Of a DNA stretch of 64,000 bases, positions 27,435-36,603 are shown piece by piece. Where the stretch lies: the NCBI GenBank assembly GCA_964626265.1, contig CAZVCG010000004.1, forward strand, positions 5,713 to 69,712, read 5' to 3'. The translations under genes were made by a program, and so were the position numbers. The stretch comes from an uncultured Rhodospirillaceae bacterium. GTDB lineage: Bacteria; Pseudomonadota; Alphaproteobacteria; UBA9219. Below the pieces are notes generated by a model. The model saw only the letters and a program-made list of their open reading frames with translations. It was not told the origin of the DNA and did not search any database. How positions within the stretch are numbered: position 1 is the stretch's first letter; each line of letters opens with the position of its first letter.

Positions 27435-27895
27435 ACATGACTTGATCAGGGCTTACTCGGGACACAACTACTGCATAGCGGCGCAAAATGTTACGCCGCA
27501 GTTATCAACCTGACTAACTTGACGACTTTAAAAAAAAAGGCGGGAAACCTTGTGAAGGAATGAGGCTCATCTTGTTTGTTTTCGATGAAAAATCCATGTC
27601 CTCAACACCATCTCACACTGTTTGTTCAAGAGGTGCGCACAATAATACGAATGATTCGGTTTTGACAATGGGCATAAAGCGAGAACAACCAAAAAAGCAA
27701 AAATCGTGCGTGAAACCTATGCAACGATTTTAACTAAAAAATATTTCTCTCTTGACTCTCGCGCATAAAAAAACGCGCACCGATTAAAGATCAATGCGCG
27801 TATAATTTTTTAATCATCTATTGGGATAAAACTATAGGGTTATTCCAGCATAATATGTGCGTTCGATTACACTGACACACAATAGATTGTGGCTC

Positions 27896-28180
27896 TTAGG
27901 CCTTGGCCTTCTTTCCAACTTCCATCGCCTTAACGCGCTTTGCCAAACGCGATGTCTTGCGCGCCGCGGTTTTCCAATGCACGGTGCCGCGATTAGCCGC
28001 GCGGGCCAGATTGGATTCCGCCGCGCGCAAGGCCGTCTTGGCGGCGATTTGATCTTTTGACGCGACGGCTTTTTCTACGGCTTTCGTTAGTGTATGGACT
28101 TTAGCGCGGCGCGAACGGTTAAGAGCGTTGCGTTTGATTGTTTGGCGGGCGCGTTTCGCGGCGGATTTATGCGTAGCCAT
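27896..28180 (-). CDS. rpsT: 30S ribosomal protein S20
   Basis: MATHKSAAKRARQTIKRNALNRSRR... is the typical S20. Divergent from dnaA, as in many alphaproteobacteria. Confidence 0.9.
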   Translation of the reverse strand: MATHKSAAKRARQTIKRNALNRSRRAKVHTLTKAVEKAVASKDQIAAKTALRAAESNLARAANRGTVHWKTAARKTSRLAKRVKAMEVGKKAKA

Positions 28181-28426
28181 ATTCTTAATTTCCTCGTCTC
28201 GTTACGTTTTCATGTCGGAAGGCGCGATTAATACGCGGGGCTATCTTGCGGGTCAAGTGTTTAGCCGAGCGACAAGCGTCAAGGATACCAATTTATGGGA
28301 GTTTCTTAACCGAAAATGACAGGACTTCGGCTTTAATGGTTAATATATAACCCGAAAACGGTTTAACTTGAATTTTTCATACGCGAGTGATTAAATTCGA
28401 GCGCTGATCAGGAGCGATGGCGCAAC

Positions 28427-29224
28427 ATGGCCAAAAAATCTCTACCAACCCAATCCGCCAAAGAGGCGAACGTCCATATGTTAGGCAACGCCGTGCGCGA
28501 CATCGCCGGCGAGGGTTTGCGTCCGGACGATCAGGTGTTGTCCGAAGAAAACGGCAGGATTAAATACCGCGCCGTGAAGCAAAATGATGAGGCGGTAGAT
28601 TCATATAGGCCCACCCCTACAGAAAACAGAGCGTTCGCGCATGAACTTGGCGGGAAAGAAATCGAACTTTTACTTTATAGAGCCATCAAATCCCCGCACT
28701 TAATACAGGGCCCCCGAAGAAGAATGCTTTTGGGTGAACTTCAAGCATGGGCCTTTGAGGGAAAGAAAACGAAGCGTCTAGCTCCACATACGGCAAAGCG
28801 CGGATTTATATTCGATCCAAAAACACACTCGATATCCAGCCTGTCGCTTTACCGGCAAATTAAAAAGACCAATCCGAGGCTGGAACAGTTGCTCGGTTTC
28901 AGGCAGTTAAGGCCTTCGCGCAACTATAATGCCGTTCGCACGACGCAGATCGCCGCCGATGGGTACGATCAGGTCGAAACAGAAGGCGTTCTTAAGGGCG
29001 AGCAAGTTAATAAGGTGGCCGATTACGCCGCCGCCGTTCAGCCGATGGCTCCTTTATTTACGCCCACCAAACGCCGCCTCAGGGACAATAACAGTCTGAA
29101 ATTGGAAAACGCCATCCTGAGCGAACAGGCGCCTGACGCGTCACAAGGCCGTAAGACGGTAGATTTAGAACTCCTCCTTTTGGCCGCACACGCCGCAAGG
29201 TTTCCTGTGCCTTTTGCTGCGTAA
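28427..29224 (+). CDS. Hypothetical protein (ORFan)
   Basis: 265-aa ORF, charged and hydrophilic, with no recognisable motifs. Confidence 0.4.
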   Translation: MAKKSLPTQSAKEANVHMLGNAVRDIAGEGLRPDDQVLSEENGRIKYRAVKQNDEAVDSYRPTPTENRAFAHELGGKEIELLLYRAIKSPHLIQGPRRRMLLGELQAWAFEGKKTKRLAPHTAKRGFIFDPKTHSISSLSLYRQIKKTNPRLEQLLGFRQLRPSRNYNAVRTTQIAADGYDQVETEGVLKGEQVNKVADYAAAVQPMAPLFTPTKRRLRDNNSLKLENAILSEQAPDASQGRKTVDLELLLLAAHAARFPVPFAA

Positions 29225-29495
29225 AGCCGGCTGCCCAATGCACAAACTCTCAGATAAGCGCTGTCAAATTCCCCGCCCCTCTGCGGGAGTGGGAGGGAAT
29301 TTTACCGTACCCTGTCGATCATGCGCACTATCATTGGACTTTGTATAAATTTTCCTTTTTTTTAGTTCCACGCATCCGTTTCACAAGCGGAACTATGAAA
29401 GCATTTAACCTCATTTACAGCCCCATTGGAGGCTGATATACCCACGCCGTAATTCCGCCTCAATTGTGAGGCTCATGCGGCAAGGGATTATTATT

Positions 29496-30455
29496 ATGCC
29501 AAACAGCATTAAGCTTATCGCAGGAAACAACAACCGTCCGCTTGCCGAAGCCATGGCCCAATATTTGGGCGTCAATCTCACCCAAGCCAACATCAAATGT
29601 TTTTCCGATAAAGAAATTTTCGTCGAGATCCTCGAAAACGTGCGCGGCGAAGACACGTTCGTCGTTCAACCGACAAGCTGCCCCGCCAATGATAGCCTGA
29701 TGGAGCTTCTTGTTTCCATCGACACGTTGCGCCGCAGTTCGGCCCGCCGCATCACCGCCGTGATGCCCTATTACGGGTACGCGAGGCAGGACCGAAAGAC
29801 CAGTCCGCGTTCGCCCATCACCGCCAAGCTGGTCGCAAACCTGATCACCCGCGCCGGCGCCGACCGTGTGTTGACGCTCGATCTGCATGCCGGACAGATA
29901 CAGGGCTTTTTCGATATTCCTCTCGACAACCTTTATGCCGCGCCCGTTTTTGCGCGTGACATTCGCGACTCCATGCTCTCGAACGGCAAAATGCCGAAGT
30001 GCCTCACTATCGTATCGCCAGATACCGGCGGCGTGGTGCGCGCGCGCGCGCTGGCCAAACGGGTTGACGCCGACCTCGCCATCATCGACAAGCGCCGCGA
30101 AAGAGCCGGTGAATCCGAAGTGATGAACATTATTGGCGAAGTCAAAGACCGCACCTGCATTCTCTTCGACGATATCGTGGACAGCGCGGGAACCTTGTGC
30201 AACGCCGCCGACGCAATTCTGAACAAGGGCGCAAAAACCGTTATTGCCTATTGCACACACGGCGTTTTTTCCGGCAAGGCCGTCGAAAAGATCACGGCTT
30301 CAGGAATCCAGAGCATTACCGTGACCGACAGCATCGCCGCGTCGCCGGAAGTGGCTGCCTGCAAGAAAATCCGCTATCTGAGCGTCGCCCCGCTCCTCGC
30401 CGAAGCCGTAGCGCGCATCAGCCAGGAACGCTCGGTGTCGAGCTTGTTTACGTGA
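29496..30455 (+). CDS. prs: Ribose-phosphate pyrophosphokinase
   Basis: [18 protein letters not shown], the PRPP-binding loop [14 protein letters not shown], and DDIVDSAGT. Start set at ATG 29496. Confidence 0.95.
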   Translation: MPNSIKLIAGNNNRPLAEAMAQYLGVNLTQANIKCFSDKEIFVEILENVRGEDTFVVQPTSCPANDSLMELLVSIDTLRRSSARRITAVMPYYGYARQDRKTSPRSPITAKLVANLITRAGADRVLTLDLHAGQIQGFFDIPLDNLYAAPVFARDIRDSMLSNGKMPKCLTIVSPDTGGVVRARALAKRVDADLAIIDKRRERAGESEVMNIIGEVKDRTCILFDDIVDSAGTLCNAADAILNKGAKTVIAYCTHGVFSGKAVEKITASGIQSITVTDSIAASPEVAACKKIRYLSVAPLLAEAVARISQERSVSSLFT

Positions 30456-30676
30456 TTGAAGTAATGTAATAATGAAATACTTGCTTCACTCGTAAGGTTA
30501 TGGCTCTATTTACATTTCACGTACAAAATTTCTTTTGGCTGCAGCACTGCAAAAAATGGGTAGATAATTACCCATAAACACAAGTTAACACCTCATAAAC
30601 CATTGATTTTCCTAATTACTTTCGTGGCCTCCCTGTAAAATGGCTTCGTATTTAAGCAATTTTACGGACGGTCATT

Positions 30677-31357
30677 ATGACGGACAACAAAAAATCGCCT
30701 TCTGATTTTGAAGCACAGTTTGATGATGCAGAAAGAGACCTTATCAAACAACAGAAAATAGTATCGAGATTTGTCATTCAGACAGGTCACGGTGCAAAAG
30801 CAGTTAGAAAACATCTGCAAAAGGTTTGCGATCAAGAAACATGGATAAACGACGCCATGGATGAGCTATTAAAACTCAAGAATACGTCTGAAGAATTTAA
30901 AGCCGAGGCCCCTGCTTTATGCCTAAGGGCCAGAGATTTGAAACAGTATACACGGGATATGAATAATGCCCTTTATCTCGATCTGGCGCGTCATAAGTAT
31001 GATCTTCCTACAAAAGTAAGTTTTCTGACTAGCATGATTTTCGGACCTTGGGTCGCTGTGCAAAAAGGTTTTGGGAATGGCACAATCACTCCCGATTATG
31101 CGGCAGGGGCTGGTGGTCTTCTGGGCCTTGGGGTCATTTTTTTAAGCAAGATTGATGCTGGATTCAGAGCGGCGGGCAAAGCTATTTGCTCAACTCCAAA
31201 ACAAATCAGAGCCGAATTCCGGGCCGCAAGCAAAGCTGTTTATGAAGCGCCGCAGCAAATCTGGGACAGCAACTCGTTCATTTATGTGCGGGAAACGATC
31301 AAGGAAAAGCGCCGCGTTGCGCAAAAAGCACTGAATACGTGGAAACTCAAAGTGTGA
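30677..31357 (+). CDS. Hypothetical protein with central TM segment (ORFan)
   Basis: 226-aa ORF flanked by AT-rich DNA. One hydrophobic segment (AGAGGLLGLGVIFLSKI). No family recognised. Confidence 0.4.
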   Translation: MTDNKKSPSDFEAQFDDAERDLIKQQKIVSRFVIQTGHGAKAVRKHLQKVCDQETWINDAMDELLKLKNTSEEFKAEAPALCLRARDLKQYTRDMNNALYLDLARHKYDLPTKVSFLTSMIFGPWVAVQKGFGNGTITPDYAAGAGGLLGLGVIFLSKIDAGFRAAGKAICSTPKQIRAEFRAASKAVYEAPQQIWDSNSFIYVRETIKEKRRVAQKALNTWKLKV

Positions 31358-31583
31358 GGTTGTCTTTTTCTGGCATTTTTTTGTACTTGCCAATGCCAAG
31401 AGCTTTCGCCCTTGCGTCGCGATTTTTTTCCATTTCCTCAAAAAACTTCTGATCGTCTTTACTAAACCCTCTAGGCAAAAAATTTTTATCCCACCATGCC
31501 GTGGCCAACTTATAGAGCTTTGCCATGCCAGCTCCGACAATTACGAGTCCAGCAGCCGCGAAGCCATATTCGATATTAGTCAT
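31347..31583 (-). CDS. Small membrane protein (ORFan), convergent with the preceding gene
   Basis: 78 aa; N-terminal TM (YGFAAAGLVIVGAGMAKLY) and charged C-terminus. Confidence 0.3.
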   Translation of the reverse strand: MTNIEYGFAAAGLVIVGAGMAKLYKLATAWWDKNFLPRGFSKDDQKFFEEMEKNRDARAKALGIGKYKKMPEKDNLTL

Positions 31584-31842
31584 TGGAATACCTTCTCATT
31601 TACGCCTCCCTTATTCTGCCTTTTTTGCCTGTGTCCCTCAAGCATGTTAGGCAATGGTTAATACTTTCGGGTTGAACGGAAAGGCATAATTAGCCACATA
31701 ATTAATATGATGAAACTTAAGGCAAAATAGCCGTAGTGTCTTAACACGAAGAAAAATATTTGTTATCCCTGCCATCGCGTAGTAAGTAATCCCCACCCCG
31801 GCACCCCTGGAGGCCGGATTTACCACCTAATGGAGAAACAAA

Positions 31843-32589
31843 ATGACGCAAGTTGAAACGCTTGCGGCGGAAATTCGCGAACGCGCTGGCAAGGGAGCCT
31901 CGCACGCCATCCGCCGTACTGAGAAACTGCCTGCCGTAATCTATGGCGACAAGCAACCGCCCCTTTTAATTACCATGGAAATGAAACTGGCCATTCGCTA
32001 CGTGAACAAAGCCAATTTCTTTACCAATCTTTTCGACATCGACGTCGGCGGCAAAAAGCACCGCGTGTTGCCCCGCGACGTTCAATTCGATCCGGTATCG
32101 GACCGTCCGCTTCACATCGATTTTATGCGCGTTTCTCCCAAGACGAAAGTGCGCGTCTATGTGCCCGTGTCGTTCATCAATGCCGATAAATCGCCCGGCA
32201 TCAAGCGCGGCGGCACGCTTAACGTCGTGCATCACGAAATCGAAGTCACGTGCGCGCCCGACAAGATCCCCGGCAAGTTCGAAGTCAGCCTCGAAGGCCT
32301 GGCCATCGGCGACGCCGTGCATCTATCCGCGATCACGTTCCCCGAAGGCGTTCACCCGACATCGAAGGACAAAGCGTACACCATCGCCTCGATCGCGGTG
32401 CCCTCGGCCATTCGTTCGGAAGCCAAGGAAGCTGCTGCCGCTTCTGCTGCCGCCGCTGCCGCACCTGTTGCGGATGCTGCGGCTCCTGCTGCCGGCGCTG
32501 CGCCTGCTGCCGGCGCTGCGACTCCTGCTGCCGGCGCAAAGGCTGCGGCCCCTGCTGCTGGCGCGAAGCCAGCTGCGGGCAAGAAGTAA
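31843..32589 (+). CDS. rplY: 50S ribosomal protein L25 / general stress protein Ctc, with Ala/Pro-rich tail
   Basis: L25 N-domain (AEIRERAGKGASHAIRRTEKLPAVIYG) and beta-barrel C-domain, then AAAPAAGA repeats. Confidence 0.9.
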   Translation: MTQVETLAAEIRERAGKGASHAIRRTEKLPAVIYGDKQPPLLITMEMKLAIRYVNKANFFTNLFDIDVGGKKHRVLPRDVQFDPVSDRPLHIDFMRVSPKTKVRVYVPVSFINADKSPGIKRGGTLNVVHHEIEVTCAPDKIPGKFEVSLEGLAIGDAVHLSAITFPEGVHPTSKDKAYTIASIAVPSAIRSEAKEAAAASAAAAAAPVADAAAPAAGAAPAAGAATPAAGAKAAAPAAGAKPAAGKK

Positions 32590-32605
32590 GACGTGAGAGG
32601 CGGTC

Positions 32606-33187
32606 GTGGCTCAACCCGAACGCCTTATCGTCGGACTTGGCAATCCCGGGCCGGAATACGCCCAGACACGCCACAACATCGGCTTTATGGCGCTGGATGC
32701 GCTTGCGTCCAGCGTCCGCGCCGCGCCGTGGCAGCGTAAATACAAGGCCCAGATTGCCGCCGCCGAGATCGACGGCCATGACGTTTTGTTGATCAAGCCG
32801 ATGACGTTCATGAACCTCTCAGGCGAGAGCGTTGGCGAGGCCATGCGCTTTTACAAACTTGAAGCCAAAGACGTGATCGTCTTTCACGACGACATCGATC
32901 TCGCCTCCGGCAAAGTGAAAGTGAAGCAAGGCGGCGGTAACGCCGGCCATAACGGACTGAAATCTCTGGATGCGCACATCGGCAACGATTACTGGCGCGT
33001 GAGGCTCGGCATCGGGCGGCCCGAGAACAAGGATATGGTGCACGATTATGTGCTGAACGGCTTTGCCAAGGCGGACAAGGCCTGGCTGGAGCCTTTGATG
33101 GCCGCCATTACGGGCAACGTTGCAAAGCTGTTAGGCAACAAACCCGACGAGTTCATGAGCCGGATTGCCGATATAATTAAATCATAG
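32606..33187 (+). CDS. pth: Peptidyl-tRNA hydrolase
   Basis: LIVGLGNPGPEYAQTRHNIGF and GHNGLKS motifs. Confidence 0.95.
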   Translation: MAQPERLIVGLGNPGPEYAQTRHNIGFMALDALASSVRAAPWQRKYKAQIAAAEIDGHDVLLIKPMTFMNLSGESVGEAMRFYKLEAKDVIVFHDDIDLASGKVKVKQGGGNAGHNGLKSLDAHIGNDYWRVRLGIGRPENKDMVHDYVLNGFAKADKAWLEPLMAAITGNVAKLLGNKPDEFMSRIADIIKS

Positions 33188-33196
33188 GAATTAACA

Positions 33197-34303
33197 ATGG
33201 GTTTTAATTGCGGGATTGTGGGACTGCCGAACGTCGGCAAATCGACGTTGTTCAACGCGTTGACGGCGACAGCGGCGGCGCAAGCAGCGAATTATCCGTT
33301 TTGCACGATCGAGCCGAACGTAGGCCGCGTCAGTGTGCCGGACGAACGTTTGGACAAACTCGCGGCAATTGCCAATTCGGCCAAGATCATCCCGACGCAG
33401 CTTGAGTTCGTGGACATCGCTGGGTTGGTGCGCGGAGCTTCCAAGGGCGAAGGGCTGGGCAACCAGTTCCTTGCCAACATCCGCGAAGTGGACGCGATTA
33501 TCCATCTGCTCCGCTGTTTCGAGAATTCCGACATCACGCATGTGGAAGGCAACATCGATCCCATCCGCGATGCCGAGGTCGTCGAGACAGAATTGATGAT
33601 CGCCGACATGGAGAGCCTCGAGAAACGCCTGTCGAACGCGCAGAAGAAAGCCAAAGGCGGCGATCAGGAGTCCAGGGAACAGATTACGGTGATGGAACCC
33701 GCCCTCGCCGCTTTGCAGGCAGGCAAGCCCGCGCGTACTATCTTGCCTTCTCTGTCAGCCGAACAAAAAAAGATTTTCAAGCAGTTACAATTGATCACCT
33801 CGAAGCCTGTATTATATGTGGCGAACGTTTCCGAGGCCGAGGCTGCGACCGGCAATTCATACTCCGAAGCTGTCGCCGCCAAGGCCAAGGCCGAAGGCAC
33901 GCAGAGCGTCGTCATCGCCGCCGCGATCGAATCCGAAGTCGCCGTCTTGCCGAGCGAAGAGGACAAGAAAGAGTTTCTGGAGTCGTTGGGATTGAGCGAA
34001 CCTGGCCTCAACCGCGTCATCCGCGCGGGATACAAGCTACTTGATTTGGTGACGTTCTTCACCGTCGGCCCCAAGGAAGCGCGAGCATGGACGGTGCGGC
34101 GCGGCGCGTCGGCTCCGGAAGCGGCGGGCGTTATCCATACGGATTTCGAGCGCGGATTCATCAAGGCCGAAACCATAGATTACGCAAGCTATGTCGCCTA
34201 CAAGGGCGAAGCGGGCGCGCGCGAGGCTGGAAAGCTGCGTCAGGAGGGCAAAGATTACATTGTGCAGGACGGCGATATATTCCACTTCAGATTTAATGTG
34301 TGA
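33197..34303 (+). CDS. ychF: Ribosome-binding ATPase YchF
   Basis: GIVGLPNVGKSTLFNALT G1 motif, TGS C-terminal domain; 368 aa. Confidence 0.95.
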   Translation: MGFNCGIVGLPNVGKSTLFNALTATAAAQAANYPFCTIEPNVGRVSVPDERLDKLAAIANSAKIIPTQLEFVDIAGLVRGASKGEGLGNQFLANIREVDAIIHLLRCFENSDITHVEGNIDPIRDAEVVETELMIADMESLEKRLSNAQKKAKGGDQESREQITVMEPALAALQAGKPARTILPSLSAEQKKIFKQLQLITSKPVLYVANVSEAEAATGNSYSEAVAAKAKAEGTQSVVIAAAIESEVAVLPSEEDKKEFLESLGLSEPGLNRVIRAGYKLLDLVTFFTVGPKEARAWTVRRGASAPEAAGVIHTDFERGFIKAETIDYASYVAYKGEAGAREAGKLRQEGKDYIVQDGDIFHFRFNV

Positions 34304-34310
34304 CCGCCAG

Positions 34311-35150
34311 CTAAAGAGAGTGTTCTTGGCCTTTTCTCAATTTATGAATTGTAGCGTTATTAATGTCGTTGCGGTTCAACGTCTGTTCGCGCACAGCGTC
34401 TTCGAAATCCGACCAGTGATTGAGTAGCGTATGTTCCTCAAGCTTGAATTTCTCGAATATTCCCCTTAAGACCATGCCCATATCGTACGTTTTAAAGTAA
34501 TCCCCAAGCGTATAATTTTCTGGCAAAGGCTCCAACGCCAATCTGTTTTCGGGTTTGTCTTTTATTCTGTGGCCGATCCGGCTTTCAAAAAAAAGGCCTT
34601 CCACGCATTTTTCTAACGGTATGATCACCTTATAAGTGCGACTCTCAACATCGGCCCATTTCAATTCATGTTCGGGAGAGTACCCTTGCCCTTCGTTTTT
34701 CAGCCAGCGAAAGGCCTCCTCCTCCTTGTCCGTGAAGTGCCCTACATAAGCTTTGATTTCCAATCCGCTTTCCGAAAAGCCCTCTTCGAGAAAGGTCACA
34801 AGCCTGAAACGGCGGCCTTTCTCCTGATCTGAATATTCCTGATTCAAGGCGTTTATGACGGGCGAAAAAGCGACTTCAACCTCATCCATAAGGGACAGGA
34901 CGCTTGTCTGCGTAAATTCGGATTCGTCCTGTTCTTTCTTTTCTTTTCCGCGGAAAGACAAAGCGGTTGCGGCGCGCTTGAACAGATTGGAAACGGCTTT
35001 CTTAACCCCCGCGAAAAGCGGCAATGGATCTATGGTATCATGATTTTTATCTTCTTCCTTGACGCGTTCCGGTTCGTCCGGGCCGACGGCTTGAGCCGCC
35101 AGCCTAATATTTTCCTGAAGAATCTCTCTGGCGACTTTCATTATCATCAT
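34311..35150 (-). CDS. Hypothetical protein (ORFan)
   Basis: Long ORF with no recognisable motifs. Start uncertain; the track ORF extends to 35198. Confidence 0.4.
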   Translation of the reverse strand: MMIMKVAREILQENIRLAAQAVGPDEPERVKEEDKNHDTIDPLPLFAGVKKAVSNLFKRAATALSFRGKEKKEQDESEFTQTSVLSLMDEVEVAFSPVINALNQEYSDQEKGRRFRLVTFLEEGFSESGLEIKAYVGHFTDKEEEAFRWLKNEGQGYSPEHELKWADVESRTYKVIIPLEKCVEGLFFESRIGHRIKDKPENRLALEPLPENYTLGDYFKTYDMGMVLRGIFEKFKLEEHTLLNHWSDFEDAVREQTLNRNDINNATIHKLRKGQEHSL

Positions 35151-35275
35151 CGCGATCAGCCTTTCACCAAGCCAGCTATAAAGAATACAATTGTTCAAAA
35201 CCCTAAAATAAGTTATCCAAAAAGCGGCTTCACGTACAGCCTTTACCCGTTAACCTTGTTTAGTGTTGGTTTGCA

Positions 35276-36028
35276 ATGGCCGGTCATTCCCACGCCAAAA
35301 ACGTCATGCATCAGAAAAACGCTTCTGACGCGAAAAAAGCGAAAATCTTTAATAAAATCGCCCGAGAAATCATGGTCTCGGTGAAGCTCGGCTCGCCCGA
35401 CCCTGCGCATAACCCTCGCTTGCGCTCGGCGATAGCCGAGGCGCGCAGCGCGAACATGACGCGCGACAGGATCGAACGCGCCATCAAAGCCGCCCTGCCC
35501 GACTCCGGCGATAAAACGCAATATGACGCCATTCGCTATGAAGGTTATGGACCCGGCGGCGTTGCGCTCATCATCGAAGCCTTGACCGACAACCGTAACC
35601 GCACCGCCGCCGAATTGCGCGCCGCGCTTAGCAAAAACGGCGGCGCGCTCGGCGAAATGAACTCAGTAAGCTTTATGTTCAATCGCGTTGGAGAAATCAT
35701 CTATCCTGTCGCCAAGGCTACAGCAGATGCCATGCTGGAAGCCGTCATCGAAGCCGGTGGAGACAACGTAGAATCCGACGAATCGCAGCATGTCGTCACA
35801 TGCAGCGTCGAAGACTTTGGGGCTGTGCGCGACGCGTTGGAAAAACGCTTTGGCGAGCCGTCCAGCGCAAAGCTTAGCTGGCTGCCGAACACGCTCACGC
35901 CTGTCAGAGGCGAAACGGCCCAAAGCCTTATGAAACTGCTCGATGTGCTAGAGGATAACGACGATGTGCAAAATGTCGTAGGCAATTACGACATTTCCGA
36001 AGAAGATCTACAAAAACTGGCTTCGTAG
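35276..36028 (+). CDS. yebC: YebC/PmpR-family transcriptional regulator
   Basis: MAGHSHAKNVMHQKNASDAKKAKIFNKIAREI is the hallmark N-terminus. Confidence 0.9.
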   Translation: MAGHSHAKNVMHQKNASDAKKAKIFNKIAREIMVSVKLGSPDPAHNPRLRSAIAEARSANMTRDRIERAIKAALPDSGDKTQYDAIRYEGYGPGGVALIIEALTDNRNRTAAELRAALSKNGGALGEMNSVSFMFNRVGEIIYPVAKATADAMLEAVIEAGGDNVESDESQHVVTCSVEDFGAVRDALEKRFGEPSSAKLSWLPNTLTPVRGETAQSLMKLLDVLEDNDDVQNVVGNYDISEEDLQKLAS

Positions 36029-36030
36029 CT

Positions 36031-36489
36031 TTAACCGACGCGATTATAGTTGATCATCGACGTCCAGAAACGCTCAAGTTTCTTGAGCGTATCGTTGCAC
36101 TTCGAAATCTCGTCAGCAGTCAGGTTCGAAGCCTCAAGCATCCCCACCTGCTTTTCGAAATATTCGTGCAGTTGCTTGTGCAGCGCCAAACCCTTTTCGG
36201 ACAATTTCACGCGCACCGAGCGGCGGTCATGAGGCGAACGCTCTTGCGAAAGATAGCCGTTCTCGAACATTTTTTTGACGTTATAGGACACGTTTGAGCC
36301 AAGGTAATAACCGCGCGCCGTCAATTCGCCCACCGTCATCTCTTCCTGGGCCAGGTTGTAAAGGATCAAGGCCTGCACGTTATTGATGTCCTGTACGCCT
36401 TTTAGGTCCAGTTCGACCTTGACGACCTCGAGAAAATGACGGTGAAGCCTTTCTACCAACAGGATGGCTTCGTAATAGGAATGACTCAC
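36031..36489 (-). CDS. MarR-family transcriptional regulator
   Basis: wHTH with LTARGYYLGSNVSYNVKKMFENGYLSQERSPHDRRSVRVKLSEKG. Confidence 0.85.
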   Translation of the reverse strand: MSHSYYEAILLVERLHRHFLEVVKVELDLKGVQDINNVQALILYNLAQEEMTVGELTARGYYLGSNVSYNVKKMFENGYLSQERSPHDRRSVRVKLSEKGLALHKQLHEYFEKQVGMLEASNLTADEISKCNDTLKKLERFWTSMINYNRVG

Positions 36490-36603
36490 GGCAGTACCTC
36501 ACGGCCAAATGTGTTGCCCATATAGATAAGGCGGAAGAATCGGCGTTCTCCGTCCTGCGTGAAAAATACGTGGAAAACCGTGACTTGTCTATCCGTAAGG
36601 CTT

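Noticed and set aside
32159-32792. Several ORFs on both strands overlapping the rplY 3' end and the pth 5' end
   Set aside because: They arise from the GC-rich Ala/Pro-repeat tail of L25 (gctgc/gccgg repeats). The products are low-complexity.
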